A stretch of DNA of 32,823 nt. Source: Candidatus Woesearchaeota archaeon. Its GTDB lineage: Archaea > Nanobdellota > Nanobdellia > Woesearchaeales > JACPBO01. Location of the stretch: NCBI GenBank assembly GCA_016180285.1, contig JACPBO010000008.1:1-32823 (forward strand), written 5' to 3'. This document shows positions 17,166-26,990 of this stretch, piece by piece. The notes beneath the pieces are model-generated. The model saw only the letters and a list, made by a program, of their open reading frames with translations, did no database searches and was not told the DNA's origin. Made by a program: the position numbers and the translations under genes. Position 1 is the first letter of the stretch, and every line of letters begins with the position of its first letter.

Positions 17166-17336
17166 TCATCGCATCTTCATCTTTTTCTTTATTTCCCTTA
17201 TTTCCTTCTGCATGAACCTTATCTCGTCCCTCAAAGCAGAGTTCCGATCTTCTTTTTTCTTTAGAAAGTCTATGTCTTTCTTTACGTTTTTAAAAGAATT
17301 TCTTATGATCCTGTCCAATTCAGCTAAATTCTCCAT
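17166..17336 (-). CDS. Small coiled-coil protein
   Basis: MENLAELDRIIRNSFKNVKKDI...; TTTAAATA ~24 nt upstream. Confidence 0.6.
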   Translation of the reverse strand: MENLAELDRIIRNSFKNVKKDIDFLKKKEDRNSALRDEIRFMQKEIREIKKKMKMR

Positions 17337-17437
17337 TATAACTACTATAAAATAGTGCAAGTATTTAAAGTTTTGCAGGTTTTATTTATTTTTCCAAATT
17401 GGTAAGATTTAAATAAAGTTTCGCTTTTTTCAATAAA

Positions 17438-19597
17438 ATGAGCCAACTAATGAAAAAAACTAAAAATCCAGCCAAAAAGACCATTGTAACAAGCGCGCTG
17501 CCTTATGTGAACAATGTGCCGCATTTAGGCACTTTGGTCTGCGTTCTTTCTGCTGATGTTTATTCAAGATATTTAAAATTAAAAAAAGAGGACTCAATAA
17601 GCATATGCGGCACAGATGAGCATGGAACAACATCAGAAGTCAAGGCATTGGAAGAAGGATTAACTCCCAGGCAATTGGTAGATAAATATTTTAAGATACA
17701 CAAAAAAATCTATGAATGGTTTGAATGCAGTTTTGATTGTTTTGGCAGGACGAGCTCAGAGGAAAACAAAGAAATTACAATAGATATCTTCAATAAGCTC
17801 GATAAGAGCGGCTGCATTAAAGAAGAGACAATAGAGCAGCTCTTCTGCCCTAAGTGCAATAAATTCCTTGCAGACAGGTTTGTGGAGGGGAAATGCCCTA
17901 ACTGCGGCTATGAAAATGCAAGAGGCGACCAGTGCGAGAACTGCGGAAAGCTGCTTAATGCGACTGAATTGTTGAATGCAAAATGCAAGACGTGCGGCAC
18001 AAAGCCGGTTATAAAAGAAAGCAGGCATCTTTTTATCGACCTGCCAAAGCTTTCTCAAAAATTGAAAACATGGATTAAGAAAGCAGAGAAGAACTGGAGC
18101 GAAAATGCAAAGACAATGACTGCTGCATGGCTTAAAGAAGGGTTAAAGCCGAGATGCATAACCCGCGACCTGGAATGGGGCATTAAAGTTCCGAAAAAAG
18201 GATTTGAGAACAAAGTATTTTATTCTTGGTTTGATGCTCCTATTGGCTATATCGGGATAACAAAGGAAGCTGGAAAGGAATGGAAGAAATACTGGCTCGA
18301 CCCTAAAACAAGATTAGTGCAGTTCATGGGAAAAGACAACATCCCGTTTCATACAATATTATTCCCTGCATTTTTAATCGGGACAGGAGACAGATACGCT
18401 TTAGTCAGTGACCTGTCTGTAAATGAGTACTTGAATTATGAAACCGGGAAATTCTCAAAAAGCAGGAATGAGGGCGTTTTTGGGGATGATGCAATTGAAA
18501 CCGGGATTCCTGCGGATGTATGGCGGTATTATATCTTGGTCAACAGGCCTGAGAAAACAGATACTGTTTTTGACTGGAAGGACTTTCAGAGCAAAATAAA
18601 TAATGAGCTTGTTGCGAATATCGGCAATCTGGTTAACAGGACAATAGTTTTTATTAATAATTTCTTTGACAGAAAAATACCGAAAGCAGAATTAAAGGCA
18701 GCAGACAAAGATTTCATTAAGAAAATAGGAAAAGAAGAGAAAAAGGCCCTTAATTTGCTCGATAAAATCGAATTAAAAGAGTCATTGAAGCAGATAATGC
18801 TGATAAGCAAGCTCGGCAACCAGTATTTCCAGGAAAAAGAGCCCTGGAAAACAAAAGACAAAGCTGCGCTTTATATCCTTGCAAACTTTGTGAAAGACCT
18901 TGCCATTTTGATTTCACCTTTCATGCCTGCAAGCTCTGCTTCAATTAAAAAGCAGCTGAATATTGAAAAGCTTGAGCTGGATGAGCTGGGAAAATTATCT
19001 TTGAAAGAAGGCCATAAAATTGGCAAAGCAGAGCTATTATTCAGTAAATTGGAAGACAAAAAAATGGAAGAATTCAAAGACAGGTTTGCTGGAAAAAAAA
19101 CAGAGGAAAATAAAAGCCATGGAAAAACAGAAGAAAAAATATTTCCATTGAACCTTAAGGTTGCAAGAATAATTGAGGCAAAAGATCACCCAAATGCAGA
19201 CAAGCTTGTTGTTCTGAAGATAGATCTCGGAAAAGAAGAGAGGCAGTTAGTTGCAGGGATCAGAAAGCATTATTCAAACGATGAATTGAAAAACAAAAAT
19301 ATAGTTGTTGTTTCTAATCTGAAGCCCGCTTTATTGAGAGGCATTGAAAGCAACGGCATGCTTTTGGCAGCAGATGACGGGAAAGACCTGAAGTTATTGG
19401 AAGCGCCAAATTCAGATCCAGGCGACAGCGTTTTTGTTGAAGGCCATAAGAATAATGAAAAGGAAATCACATTTGATGATTTTTTGAAAATAAAGCTGGT
19501 TGTAAAAAACAAAAAAGTGGTTTTTGAAAACAAGTCCCTGAAAACAGAAAAAGAAGATATAAAGGCTGATATTTCTAATAATGCCGCAGTCAGATAG
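17438..19597 (+). CDS. metG: Methionine--tRNA ligase with C-terminal OB-fold tRNA-binding domain
   Basis: SALPYVNNVPHLG, zinc knuckles, KFSKS and HPNADKL...GIESNGMLLAA motifs. Confidence 0.98.
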   Translation: MSQLMKKTKNPAKKTIVTSALPYVNNVPHLGTLVCVLSADVYSRYLKLKKEDSISICGTDEHGTTSEVKALEEGLTPRQLVDKYFKIHKKIYEWFECSFDCFGRTSSEENKEITIDIFNKLDKSGCIKEETIEQLFCPKCNKFLADRFVEGKCPNCGYENARGDQCENCGKLLNATELLNAKCKTCGTKPVIKESRHLFIDLPKLSQKLKTWIKKAEKNWSENAKTMTAAWLKEGLKPRCITRDLEWGIKVPKKGFENKVFYSWFDAPIGYIGITKEAGKEWKKYWLDPKTRLVQFMGKDNIPFHTILFPAFLIGTGDRYALVSDLSVNEYLNYETGKFSKSRNEGVFGDDAIETGIPADVWRYYILVNRPEKTDTVFDWKDFQSKINNELVANIGNLVNRTIVFINNFFDRKIPKAELKAADKDFIKKIGKEEKKALNLLDKIELKESLKQIMLISKLGNQYFQEKEPWKTKDKAALYILANFVKDLAILISPFMPASSASIKKQLNIEKLELDELGKLSLKEGHKIGKAELLFSKLEDKKMEEFKDRFAGKKTEENKSHGKTEEKIFPLNLKVARIIEAKDHPNADKLVVLKIDLGKEERQLVAGIRKHYSNDELKNKNIVVVSNLKPALLRGIESNGMLLAADDGKDLKLLEAPNSDPGDSVFVEGHKNNEKEITFDDFLKIKLVVKNKKVVFENKSLKTEKEDIKADISNNAAVR

Positions 19598-20392
19598 CTA
19601 AACAACATCTCTTTTGCTAATATTTTTTTCCATCAGACTTTTTAAAAACAAATAATCCTTTTTCTCATCGATGTCCATGCATATCTCAGGATGTTTGCTT
19701 TCAATAAACTCAAACCGTGTTCCTAATTTTTCAGAAACGCAGTCTCTTATATATTTTAAATTTAGGTCCTTAATGATATAATGCTTCCATATTGCTTCCA
19801 GTCCAACGACCCCAAGATGCATAACCAAGCCGATTTTTGGAATGATTTCTTTAAGAGTTCTTATAGAGTAAGCCACATCGATCAGCATTTTATTTTTTAT
19901 ATTATGAACATTCACCAATGCAGAATTTCCAGTCCTGTATTTGCCCTCGACTAAACACATGTAGGGTTTTTTTAACTCAGAATAGTCTTTTAAAGTATCT
20001 TCGCTTACAATCGGAAAATAAAAATCAGCTTTTCTCAAAGAGCATCTGTCTATGAAATCATCAACAGAATCAGCAGTTAGCAAAGGAATGTCGCAACAAA
20101 CAAAAAAAGCGTATTCTTCCCCGCCTCTGCTGCATGATTCCTCATATGCGTAAAAAGCATTATTCAGGAAATTACCCCTTTCTTGCAGTACAACGCAGCC
20201 ATTTACTCTGCTTTCCAGCTCTTTTTTTGGACCAACCAATATAATATCATTTATGTTTTTTGATTTTTTTAAGGCATTAATTACATATTCAACAATGTAA
20301 CTGCCATTTATGTCCAATAATGCCTTATTCTTTCCATCAATCAATCTGCCTTTTTCCTGATGCGTTCCAGCCAGAACTATTGCGTTTACCAT
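19598..20392 (-). CDS. GT-A-fold NTP transferase (MobA/IspD/CobY-like family)
   Basis: AIVLAG...NKALLDING, CDIPLL and MDIDEKKD motifs; 1 nt downstream of aroB. Confidence 0.8.
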   Translation of the reverse strand: MVNAIVLAGTHQEKGRLIDGKNKALLDINGSYIVEYVINALKKSKNINDIILVGPKKELESRVNGCVVLQERGNFLNNAFYAYEESCSRGGEEYAFFVCCDIPLLTADSVDDFIDRCSLRKADFYFPIVSEDTLKDYSELKKPYMCLVEGKYRTGNSALVNVHNIKNKMLIDVAYSIRTLKEIIPKIGLVMHLGVVGLEAIWKHYIIKDLNLKYIRDCVSEKLGTRFEFIESKHPEICMDIDEKKDYLFLKSLMEKNISKRDVV

Positions 20393-20393
20393 T

Positions 20394-21515
20394 TCATCTT
20401 GTCTTTTGAAGAGCTTTTAAAACAACACAATTATCAACATACGTTGCATATGCGCCATCAAATTCATGCATTTTTCCTATTGCCAGTGGAAGGACATATC
20501 TTGCGCGGCTGCCTTGCGCTTTTTTGTCTATTGCTGTAGCTTCAATAATCTCCTCGTTAGAAATCTCTTTAGGAATTTCTGTGGGCAAGCCAACTCTTTG
20601 CAGCAATTTTTCCTGTTGTGCTAATTCCGGCTCTGAAAAATAACCCAGAAGATTAGCAATTCTTCCGGCAACCATCATTCCAATAGAAACAGATTCTCCG
20701 TGCGCTAGTTTAAAACAGCTTAGTTTTTCTATAGCATGGCCCGCCGTATGGCCGTAATTCAAAATTCTTCTTAGCCCTTTTTCATTTGGATCTTGTTCAA
20801 CAACATTTCCTTTTATCCTGCAGTTTTGCATTGCAATGTATAATAAAGACTTTTTATCTTTTTCCAACAGCAAGTCTATATTTTTTTCAAGATATTCAAA
20901 AAATTCTGCGTCTTGTATAATTCCGTGTTTTATTGTCTCAGCTAATCCGTTTCTAACATCCATTCTGCCTAATGTCTCAAGCATTAAAACATCAATGTAA
21001 ACCTTTTTTGGCTGCTTAAAATCACCTATAAGATTCTTTCCGTGTTTTGTGTCAACTGCTGTTTTTCCTCCTATTGAAGAATCTGCTTGAGCCAATATTG
21101 TCGTTGGAATCTGGATATAATGAATTCCCCTGCAATATGTTGCAGCAATAAAACCAGCTAAATCTCCCACTACACCGCCGCCTAAAGCAAGAATAATTGT
21201 ATCTCTGCCTAATCCTGCTTCTAACATTTGATCTTCAATTATTATTTTTGTTTCTCTGGTTTTATTTTTTTCACCAGCTTCAAAAGGGAATATATCTGAC
21301 TTAATGCCTTCTCCATCTAAAGCGTTTTTTAAAGAAAGTCCGTATAACGGCTTAACATTTGAATCAGTTATTATGGCATAGTTAGAGCCATATTTCATTT
21401 CCTTCAGTTCTTTCGCAATTATGGCAAAGAGATTTGCGCCAAAAACAATATCGTAAGAATCATCGATTTTTCTTACCAGGCTTATTTTCATAGCATTGTT
21501 AGTTATTGTAACCAT
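20394..21515 (-). CDS. aroB: 3-dehydroquinate synthase
   Basis: GGGVVGDLAGF, PTTILAQADSSIGGKT, DPNEKGLRRILNYGHTAGHAIE, HGE and DKK motifs. Confidence 0.93.
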   Translation of the reverse strand: MVTITNNAMKISLVRKIDDSYDIVFGANLFAIIAKELKEMKYGSNYAIITDSNVKPLYGLSLKNALDGEGIKSDIFPFEAGEKNKTRETKIIIEDQMLEAGLGRDTIILALGGGVVGDLAGFIAATYCRGIHYIQIPTTILAQADSSIGGKTAVDTKHGKNLIGDFKQPKKVYIDVLMLETLGRMDVRNGLAETIKHGIIQDAEFFEYLEKNIDLLLEKDKKSLLYIAMQNCRIKGNVVEQDPNEKGLRRILNYGHTAGHAIEKLSCFKLAHGESVSIGMMVAGRIANLLGYFSEPELAQQEKLLQRVGLPTEIPKEISNEEIIEATAIDKKAQGSRARYVLPLAIGKMHEFDGAYATYVDNCVVLKALQKTR

Positions 21516-21700
21516 TTTTCCAGTAAAATGAAGTGCGTTTTATAAATTTTTCTCATTATTTAACTTAAAAGTAATGACTGCATCATATTTGAGTGAAATT
21601 AAAATTAAATTTGTCAAATAAATGCGTTTTAATTCAAAATAATTAAATATTTATACTAGTGAATGAAATTAAAACATAAATAAAACTAAAAAGAGGCAAT

Positions 21701-22588
21701 ATGAGATTCAGGTCATTCAGAAGGCTTATAGAAGTTCTTAACAACGAGCTATTGAAAAACACGCTTAAAAGCATCAACCCGTTTTATTATTCTGATCTTG
21801 CAAAAAGCTCTTTCAGATACTGCTTCAAATACCTTGCCTTGGTTATACTCTGGAGCACCATCATAATGTGCATCATAGCGATTCCAGGATTATTCTTCCT
21901 GCGCGGCTACATAGGTGAACAGCTCGATAATGTCGATGTGTTTTCTATAAATGCAACATTCGAAACAAAGCAGCCGATTGTTCTGCTGGAGAATGATCCG
22001 CAGATAATAATTGACGGAAGCGTAAGCGAAAGGAACATGACTGGCGAGAAAGTCCTGATAACAAAGGATTTCTTTTATTTTAGGCCGTTCAACAGCATAC
22101 AAAAATTCAACACAAGCTCTTATCGTAACCTATTGGGCCATAAAAGCGGAATTGCAAATCTTATCGCAGCATTGTTTATTATAATAATTCCGGGCGTATT
22201 GATAATAAATTACGCGTCGTTTTATATAAAATACCTGATAATAATGCTTGCAGTTTCAGTAATTGCTTTTATGGCTGTCAGGGTGCTTAGATTTGAGATA
22301 AGCTTTAAAAAAATCCTGAAAATAGCATTTTTTGCCTCTACTGCGCCATTGTTTATAGAGATCATTGCAATTCCCTACGGCCTTGGAAAATATTTAATTC
22401 CGTTTGCGCAGGCTCTTGGCTCCAGGCTTTATCTTGCAACATTGATCCTGCTGGCTGTCATTATGGTCTTCGGCATTCTGAGAGCGGGATTGACTGAAAA
22501 AATTGAAGCGATCAAAAGCAGCGTAATAAAAAAGAAAAAGCTTGAAGTAAGCTCGAAAAAAGATGATGATTACATACTATGGCAGTAA
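21701..22588 (+). CDS. Multi-pass membrane protein (DUF1189-like)
   Basis: One N-terminal TM, a soluble loop, then several TMs. Confidence 0.65.
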   Translation: MRFRSFRRLIEVLNNELLKNTLKSINPFYYSDLAKSSFRYCFKYLALVILWSTIIMCIIAIPGLFFLRGYIGEQLDNVDVFSINATFETKQPIVLLENDPQIIIDGSVSERNMTGEKVLITKDFFYFRPFNSIQKFNTSSYRNLLGHKSGIANLIAALFIIIIPGVLIINYASFYIKYLIIMLAVSVIAFMAVRVLRFEISFKKILKIAFFASTAPLFIEIIAIPYGLGKYLIPFAQALGSRLYLATLILLAVIMVFGILRAGLTEKIEAIKSSVIKKKKLEVSSKKDDDYILWQ

Positions 22589-23061
22589 ATTTCTTGCAGA
22601 TATGCGGTGAAAGGCAGACAATTCTCATTACATGCAGACATAAAGAAAAAGACAATGTAATGGCAATAGACTGGCACATGCCTTCTTCATTTGAGCCAGA
22701 GCTTTATGTGATTGCAATAGGCAAGCAGAGGTTCTCCTGCGATATGATCAGGAATTCCCGGGTTTTTGTCGCTAATTTCGTGCCTTTCAGCTTAAAAGAG
22801 AAAGTGCTGTTTTGCGGCAGGCATTCCGGAAGATTCATGGATAAACTCAAAGAGGCAAAATTAACAAAAGAGGAAGCAGAGAAGGTTGACTGCCCCAGAA
22901 TAAAAGAAGCTGTTGCATACCTTGAATGCGAGGTTGTGAATGAGCTTGAAACAGGCGACCATATTATCTTCATAGGAAAAATCCTGAAATCTGATTTTAA
23001 AAAGAGAGATAAGAGAATATTTCATATAAGCGGAGATGAATTTGTTACGACTGAAAATTAA
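22579..23061 (+). CDS. Flavin reductase-like FMN-binding protein
   Basis: NVMAIDW, CGRHSGR..DKL and LECEV....TGDHIIFIG motifs. Confidence 0.9.
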   Translation: MAVNFLQICGERQTILITCRHKEKDNVMAIDWHMPSSFEPELYVIAIGKQRFSCDMIRNSRVFVANFVPFSLKEKVLFCGRHSGRFMDKLKEAKLTKEEAEKVDCPRIKEAVAYLECEVVNELETGDHIIFIGKILKSDFKKRDKRIFHISGDEFVTTEN

Positions 23062-23184
23062 ATAATTTGTTTATTTATTTTAATTTTATTAAAAATTGCG
23101 CAGAACATATTACATATGAACCATTCTCTAGTGGTGTACCCATCAAAAGGTTTAAATATATCTGCTCATTTCCTATTTCCTCAG

Positions 23185-24225
23185 ATGGAAACTATTGACG
23201 ATGTGTTAAAATTAAAAAAAGTAGGGGAATTAGAGAAAAGTGATTTTCCTAGCTGTTTTCCTGATTCTGGCACTTATGGCTGTAAGATACTTGATGCAAA
23301 AAAATACCTTAAAGAAATCATAAAAGAATCAAAAGGATTAGATGTGGAAAGTGTAATTCTATTAGCCAGCCCAATACACTCACATATGGTAATATATGAA
23401 TTAGGTTGTGGTTTGCAAATAGTATTGCCCTTTGATAAAGAAAAAGAAACATTAACATCATCCAAAAAGGTTGTTCCTAATTACTCCGGTTTTTATGATT
23501 GCATAAGTTTACAAAAAGGAAGGCTCATTGATGGTGAACTTAAAATAGAAGAAATATTCGGAGGAACAAGGAAGCTAAAGAGAAGATTAATAAGGCATCT
23601 TAAAAGATATCAATCAATGCCGCCGTTGATTGAAAATGACAGATGGCTAAGGGGCAGAAGATTAGGCGGTTATTTGATTAAAGAAGTCTCTGATAAAAAT
23701 GCCGGTTGTTACAGGGATATTAGTTATCATACCTCCGCAGAAAAAGTTATCAGGGCTGGAGATTTATACTCGTCTTTAAACTATCGTGTAAAAACAGGAG
23801 AGGAAATAAGCAAGGCAAAATACCTCGAGATAAACTACAAGGTTACAATACAAGAAAAAGATATTGAAGTGGACATTCATATTGAGGATAAATGCTCAAA
23901 TGCATCGATTAGTTTTGGCCGCAAGGATCCAGTAGCGCCTACTTCAGTAGCGTTTAATAATGAAGGGGAGATATTCCACTATCACTTTCCTCAGCCAATG
24001 AAGGGCAAGGATATTACGCTGGATAAAGCGCATTATCAAAAAATACTTTCTACAATAGAGGACGGTCAAGTACTCGGTTTGGGGCAGATCATGATTTTAG
24101 TCGAACTAGAGATGAAATCCCCGCACCAAAAACTCGACTATGTTGCATCTATCAAGAATATAATTGAAACAGCTTCAAATCCCGCCAGCCTTCAGCAATT
24201 TAAGCCATTGATTTTCAGGGATTAA
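23185..24225 (+). CDS. Orphan hypothetical protein (inserted gene)
   Basis: Long ORF with TTTAAATA ~26 nt before ATG 23185; flanked by diverged direct repeats. Confidence 0.7.
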   Translation: METIDDVLKLKKVGELEKSDFPSCFPDSGTYGCKILDAKKYLKEIIKESKGLDVESVILLASPIHSHMVIYELGCGLQIVLPFDKEKETLTSSKKVVPNYSGFYDCISLQKGRLIDGELKIEEIFGGTRKLKRRLIRHLKRYQSMPPLIENDRWLRGRRLGGYLIKEVSDKNAGCYRDISYHTSAEKVIRAGDLYSSLNYRVKTGEEISKAKYLEINYKVTIQEKDIEVDIHIEDKCSNASISFGRKDPVAPTSVAFNNEGEIFHYHFPQPMKGKDITLDKAHYQKILSTIEDGQVLGLGQIMILVELEMKSPHQKLDYVASIKNIIETASNPASLQQFKPLIFRD

Positions 24226-24231
24226 TTTTAA

Positions 24232-24303
24232 TCTGAGCTTAAAAAGAAAGAAAAGAGGATTCTGCACATCAGCGGCGATGAATTCATTACAACAGAAAAT
24301 TGA
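24232..24303 (+). pseudogene. Displaced duplicate of the flavin-reductase 3' end (SELKKKEKRILHISGDEFITTEN*)
   Basis: 56/72 nt and 17/23 aa identical to 22990-23061. Confidence 0.92.
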
Positions 24304-24347
24304 AGAATTAAATAACATTTAAATAATAGCTGGCCAATTATACTAAA

Positions 24348-24806
24348 ATGCATTCAAACATTGAAAAAATAATCATAGCTTCAGCATCATTTCTTGCAAT
24401 TTTAATGGTTATCATAGCTGTAAAGTACAGGGACACAGGCATAACAGGCGCTGCTGTCATAGAATTGAAGGCGTCCCTGAAGCTCGAGCTTAATGCAATG
24501 AATTACTATGCAAACAGCATTGTTGACGGCAGAATAACCCTTTTCTTTGATGAAGCTCCTTCAGATACAACAATAAGTGTTTTTATTTTTGAGAATGAAA
24601 AGAAAACATTCAGCCTGAGGAATATTTTTGCTGATCTGGGTGTTGATTATGCATTAAAGGACGGTAAAATGGTCTTGAACAGAACAATAACAATTCCGCT
24701 AAAATATTTTAATATAAAAAACCCGCATGAAAAGGGGCTTTACAGCATGAATATTGAAGTTTCAGATAAAAACCTGAAGTCGAGAATGAGCTTCGGAGTT
24801 GTTTAG
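24348..24806 (+). CDS. Secreted/membrane-anchored protein
   Basis: N-terminal TM followed by ITGAAV; beta-rich ectodomain; leaderless start after TTTAAATA. Confidence 0.75.
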   Translation: MHSNIEKIIIASASFLAILMVIIAVKYRDTGITGAAVIELKASLKLELNAMNYYANSIVDGRITLFFDEAPSDTTISVFIFENEKKTFSLRNIFADLGVDYALKDGKMVLNRTITIPLKYFNIKNPHEKGLYSMNIEVSDKNLKSRMSFGVV

Positions 24807-26134
24807 CTTTCTATTATTTTCTTTAATTCCCTTGTCTTTTCTTCCATCAGCTTCTTGTTTTTCGCTTCCAGATTCAGCCTCAGCAGAGGCTCTGTTCCTG
24901 ATGCCCTTACGCTGAACCACCAGTCATCAAACTCAATTCTTATGCCATCCATGTCATTTATTTTGCCATTTTTGTATTTTTCCTTTACTTCTTTTATCTT
25001 TGCATCCTTGTCCTTGACTTCAAAATTCAATTCCGCTATTGCAAAATATTTTTTATAAGGCTCTAAGATCTCAGATAAAGGCATATTTTTTTCAGAGATC
25101 AGCTCCATGACAATCAGAGCTGTTATAAAGGCGGAATCAGCATAGAAATTGTCCCTGTAATAATAATGGCCCGAACTTTCTCCTGCAAACAAACCATCAT
25201 ATTTTCTCATCCACTGCTTAATAAGCGAATGCCCCACAGGCGCCATTATTGGATTTCCTTTGCATTTTTTTATGGTTTCTGGAACAACCCAGCTGCATAT
25301 GCTCGAATAAATTATCCTCGCCCCAGCATGCTTTGAAAGCATCTTTTCAGCAACTAATGCTGTTGTCAAGGAGCCCGAAACGTATTCTTCTTTCTCATCA
25401 ATCAGCCCAATCCTGTCAGCATCGCCGTCAAAAGCAAGCCCGAGATCAGCTTTCTCCCTTCTTATTGTTTTTTTGAGTTCAGCAGTATTTTCCTCAAAAA
25501 CAGGATTAGGAATGTGATTTGGGAAATTTCCGTCGAGCTTGAAATAAAGCGGAATTAATTTTATGGGGAGATGCTTTGCAAGCTCAGGCATTACCTTGCC
25601 AGCCATCCCGTTGCCGGCATCAACAACAACCTTTAACGGCTTTATTTTTTTAACATCGACAAATTTTAAGATATTTTTAATGTAATCCTGCATTGCATCT
25701 TTTTTTATTATTTTGCCTTTATTCTCTGCAGTTTTAAAATCATCTTTTTCAGCCATTTTTTCAATTTCTTTAAGCCCGGTTTCAGAGCTTATTGGCACGG
25801 CGCTTTTTTTTACAAATTTCAATCCATTATATTCTTTCGGATTGTGAGAAGCAGTTATCATTATTCCTGCATCATATTTATAAAAGCCAACAGCAAAATA
25901 AACCATGTCAGAACTGCAGAGGCTGATCTCGATAACATCAGCGCCCATTTCAGTTATTCCTTTTGCAACAGCATTGAAAAGTGAATCAGAGCTTAGGCGC
26001 ATATCTCTGCCGATTACAACATTTTTCGGCTTTATAAGGCTGACAAATGCCTTTCCGACTTTATAGGCGACATCTTCACTTAGCTCAGTTGGGTAAATTC
26101 CCCTTATGTCATATGCCTTGAATATGCCGCTCAT
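24803..26134 (-). CDS. manB: Phosphomannomutase/phosphoglucomutase
   Basis: FKAYDIRG, ITASHNP, FDGDADR, GESSGH and RASGTEP motifs; ATGA coupling to the upstream gene. Confidence 0.95.
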   Translation of the reverse strand: MSGIFKAYDIRGIYPTELSEDVAYKVGKAFVSLIKPKNVVIGRDMRLSSDSLFNAVAKGITEMGADVIEISLCSSDMVYFAVGFYKYDAGIMITASHNPKEYNGLKFVKKSAVPISSETGLKEIEKMAEKDDFKTAENKGKIIKKDAMQDYIKNILKFVDVKKIKPLKVVVDAGNGMAGKVMPELAKHLPIKLIPLYFKLDGNFPNHIPNPVFEENTAELKKTIRREKADLGLAFDGDADRIGLIDEKEEYVSGSLTTALVAEKMLSKHAGARIIYSSICSWVVPETIKKCKGNPIMAPVGHSLIKQWMRKYDGLFAGESSGHYYYRDNFYADSAFITALIVMELISEKNMPLSEILEPYKKYFAIAELNFEVKDKDAKIKEVKEKYKNGKINDMDGIRIEFDDWWFSVRASGTEPLLRLNLEAKNKKLMEEKTRELKKIIES

Positions 26135-26967
26135 TTTATTCCTTTCCATTTCTTCAATGCTGTGCTGTATCTCTGGAAATTTCCGGTGTCAAACCATTGG
26201 CCCGAGAAAGGATAGCCGTAAAGCCTTCCCATTTTTGCAAGCTTTGGGAAAATGTCCCTTTCCATCATCACAAATCCATTTGGAATCATATTAAGGACTT
26301 CCGGCTCAATGATGTAAAAGCCAGAGTTTATTAAATTTGATGGCGCATCCTCTTTTTTTGGCTTTTCAACGAACTGCAGTACTTTGTTGCCACTTAATTT
26401 TGCAACGCCATAGCGTGAAGGGTCGCTTACAGTTGTCAATGCGATTGTAACCAAAGCATTGTTTCTTTTGTGCAAATTATACATGTCTGCAATGTCTATA
26501 TCCTTTAATTCATCTCCGTTTGAAACAATAAATGCCTCTTTAAAATATCTTCTGGCCATTCGCAATGGGCCTGCTGTCCCCAATGGCTTTTTTTCCTCAA
26601 TATATTTCAGGTTCATTCCAAATCTTTTCCCATCTCCGAAGAAAAGCTTTATTCTGTGCCGCATATGGCCCACCGCCATTATGACGTCATGTATTTCATA
26701 TTTTTTAAACAGGTCAAAGATGTGCTCTGTAATTGTCCTGCCGTGTATAGGAATTAATGCCTTGGGTATGATGTATGTTAACGGCCTTAGCCTTGTTCCC
26801 TTCCCTCCAGCAAGAATTACGGCAATTTTAGGCACATGGTCGCCCATTGACTTTGAAAGAAGAAGCTCAATAGCATGGCTTCTGTTTTTTATCCTTTTGT
26901 TGTCGATCTGAGCATCAATCTTCTGGACAAGGCCTTTGTCAATTGTAACGCAAATTCTCTTTTTCAT
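26131..26967 (-). CDS. Ribbon-helix-helix domain fused to sugar-1-phosphate nucleotidyltransferase (mannose-1-P guanylyltransferase-like)
   Basis: MKKRICVTIDKGLVQKID...NRSHAIELLL (RHH), then ILAGGKGTRLRPLT, PLGTAG, EKP and WFDTG; no left-handed beta-helix. Confidence 0.88.
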   Translation of the reverse strand: MKKRICVTIDKGLVQKIDAQIDNKRIKNRSHAIELLLSKSMGDHVPKIAVILAGGKGTRLRPLTYIIPKALIPIHGRTITEHIFDLFKKYEIHDVIMAVGHMRHRIKLFFGDGKRFGMNLKYIEEKKPLGTAGPLRMARRYFKEAFIVSNGDELKDIDIADMYNLHKRNNALVTIALTTVSDPSRYGVAKLSGNKVLQFVEKPKKEDAPSNLINSGFYIIEPEVLNMIPNGFVMMERDIFPKLAKMGRLYGYPFSGQWFDTGNFQRYSTALKKWKGIK

Positions 26968-26970
26968 AGA

Positions 26971-26990
26971 AAGTAATACAAAGTAATACA
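26971..26990. promoter_or_regulatory. Perfect 10-bp tandem repeat (aagtaataca x2); candidate RHH operator
   Basis: Lies between the TATA box (26991-26998) and ATG 26967 of the RHH fusion gene. Confidence 0.65.

Noticed and set aside
20394..21515. 2-epi-5-epi-valiolone or other secondary-metabolite cyclase
   Set aside because: Active-site segments (K..VV..D..E.GLR..LNYGHT.GHA.E, DKK) are canonical DHQ synthase.
22990..24303. DGR template/variable repeat pair
   Set aside because: Mismatches involve A, T and G in either copy and are mostly third-position synonymous, not adenine-specific. No reverse transcriptase is in the window.
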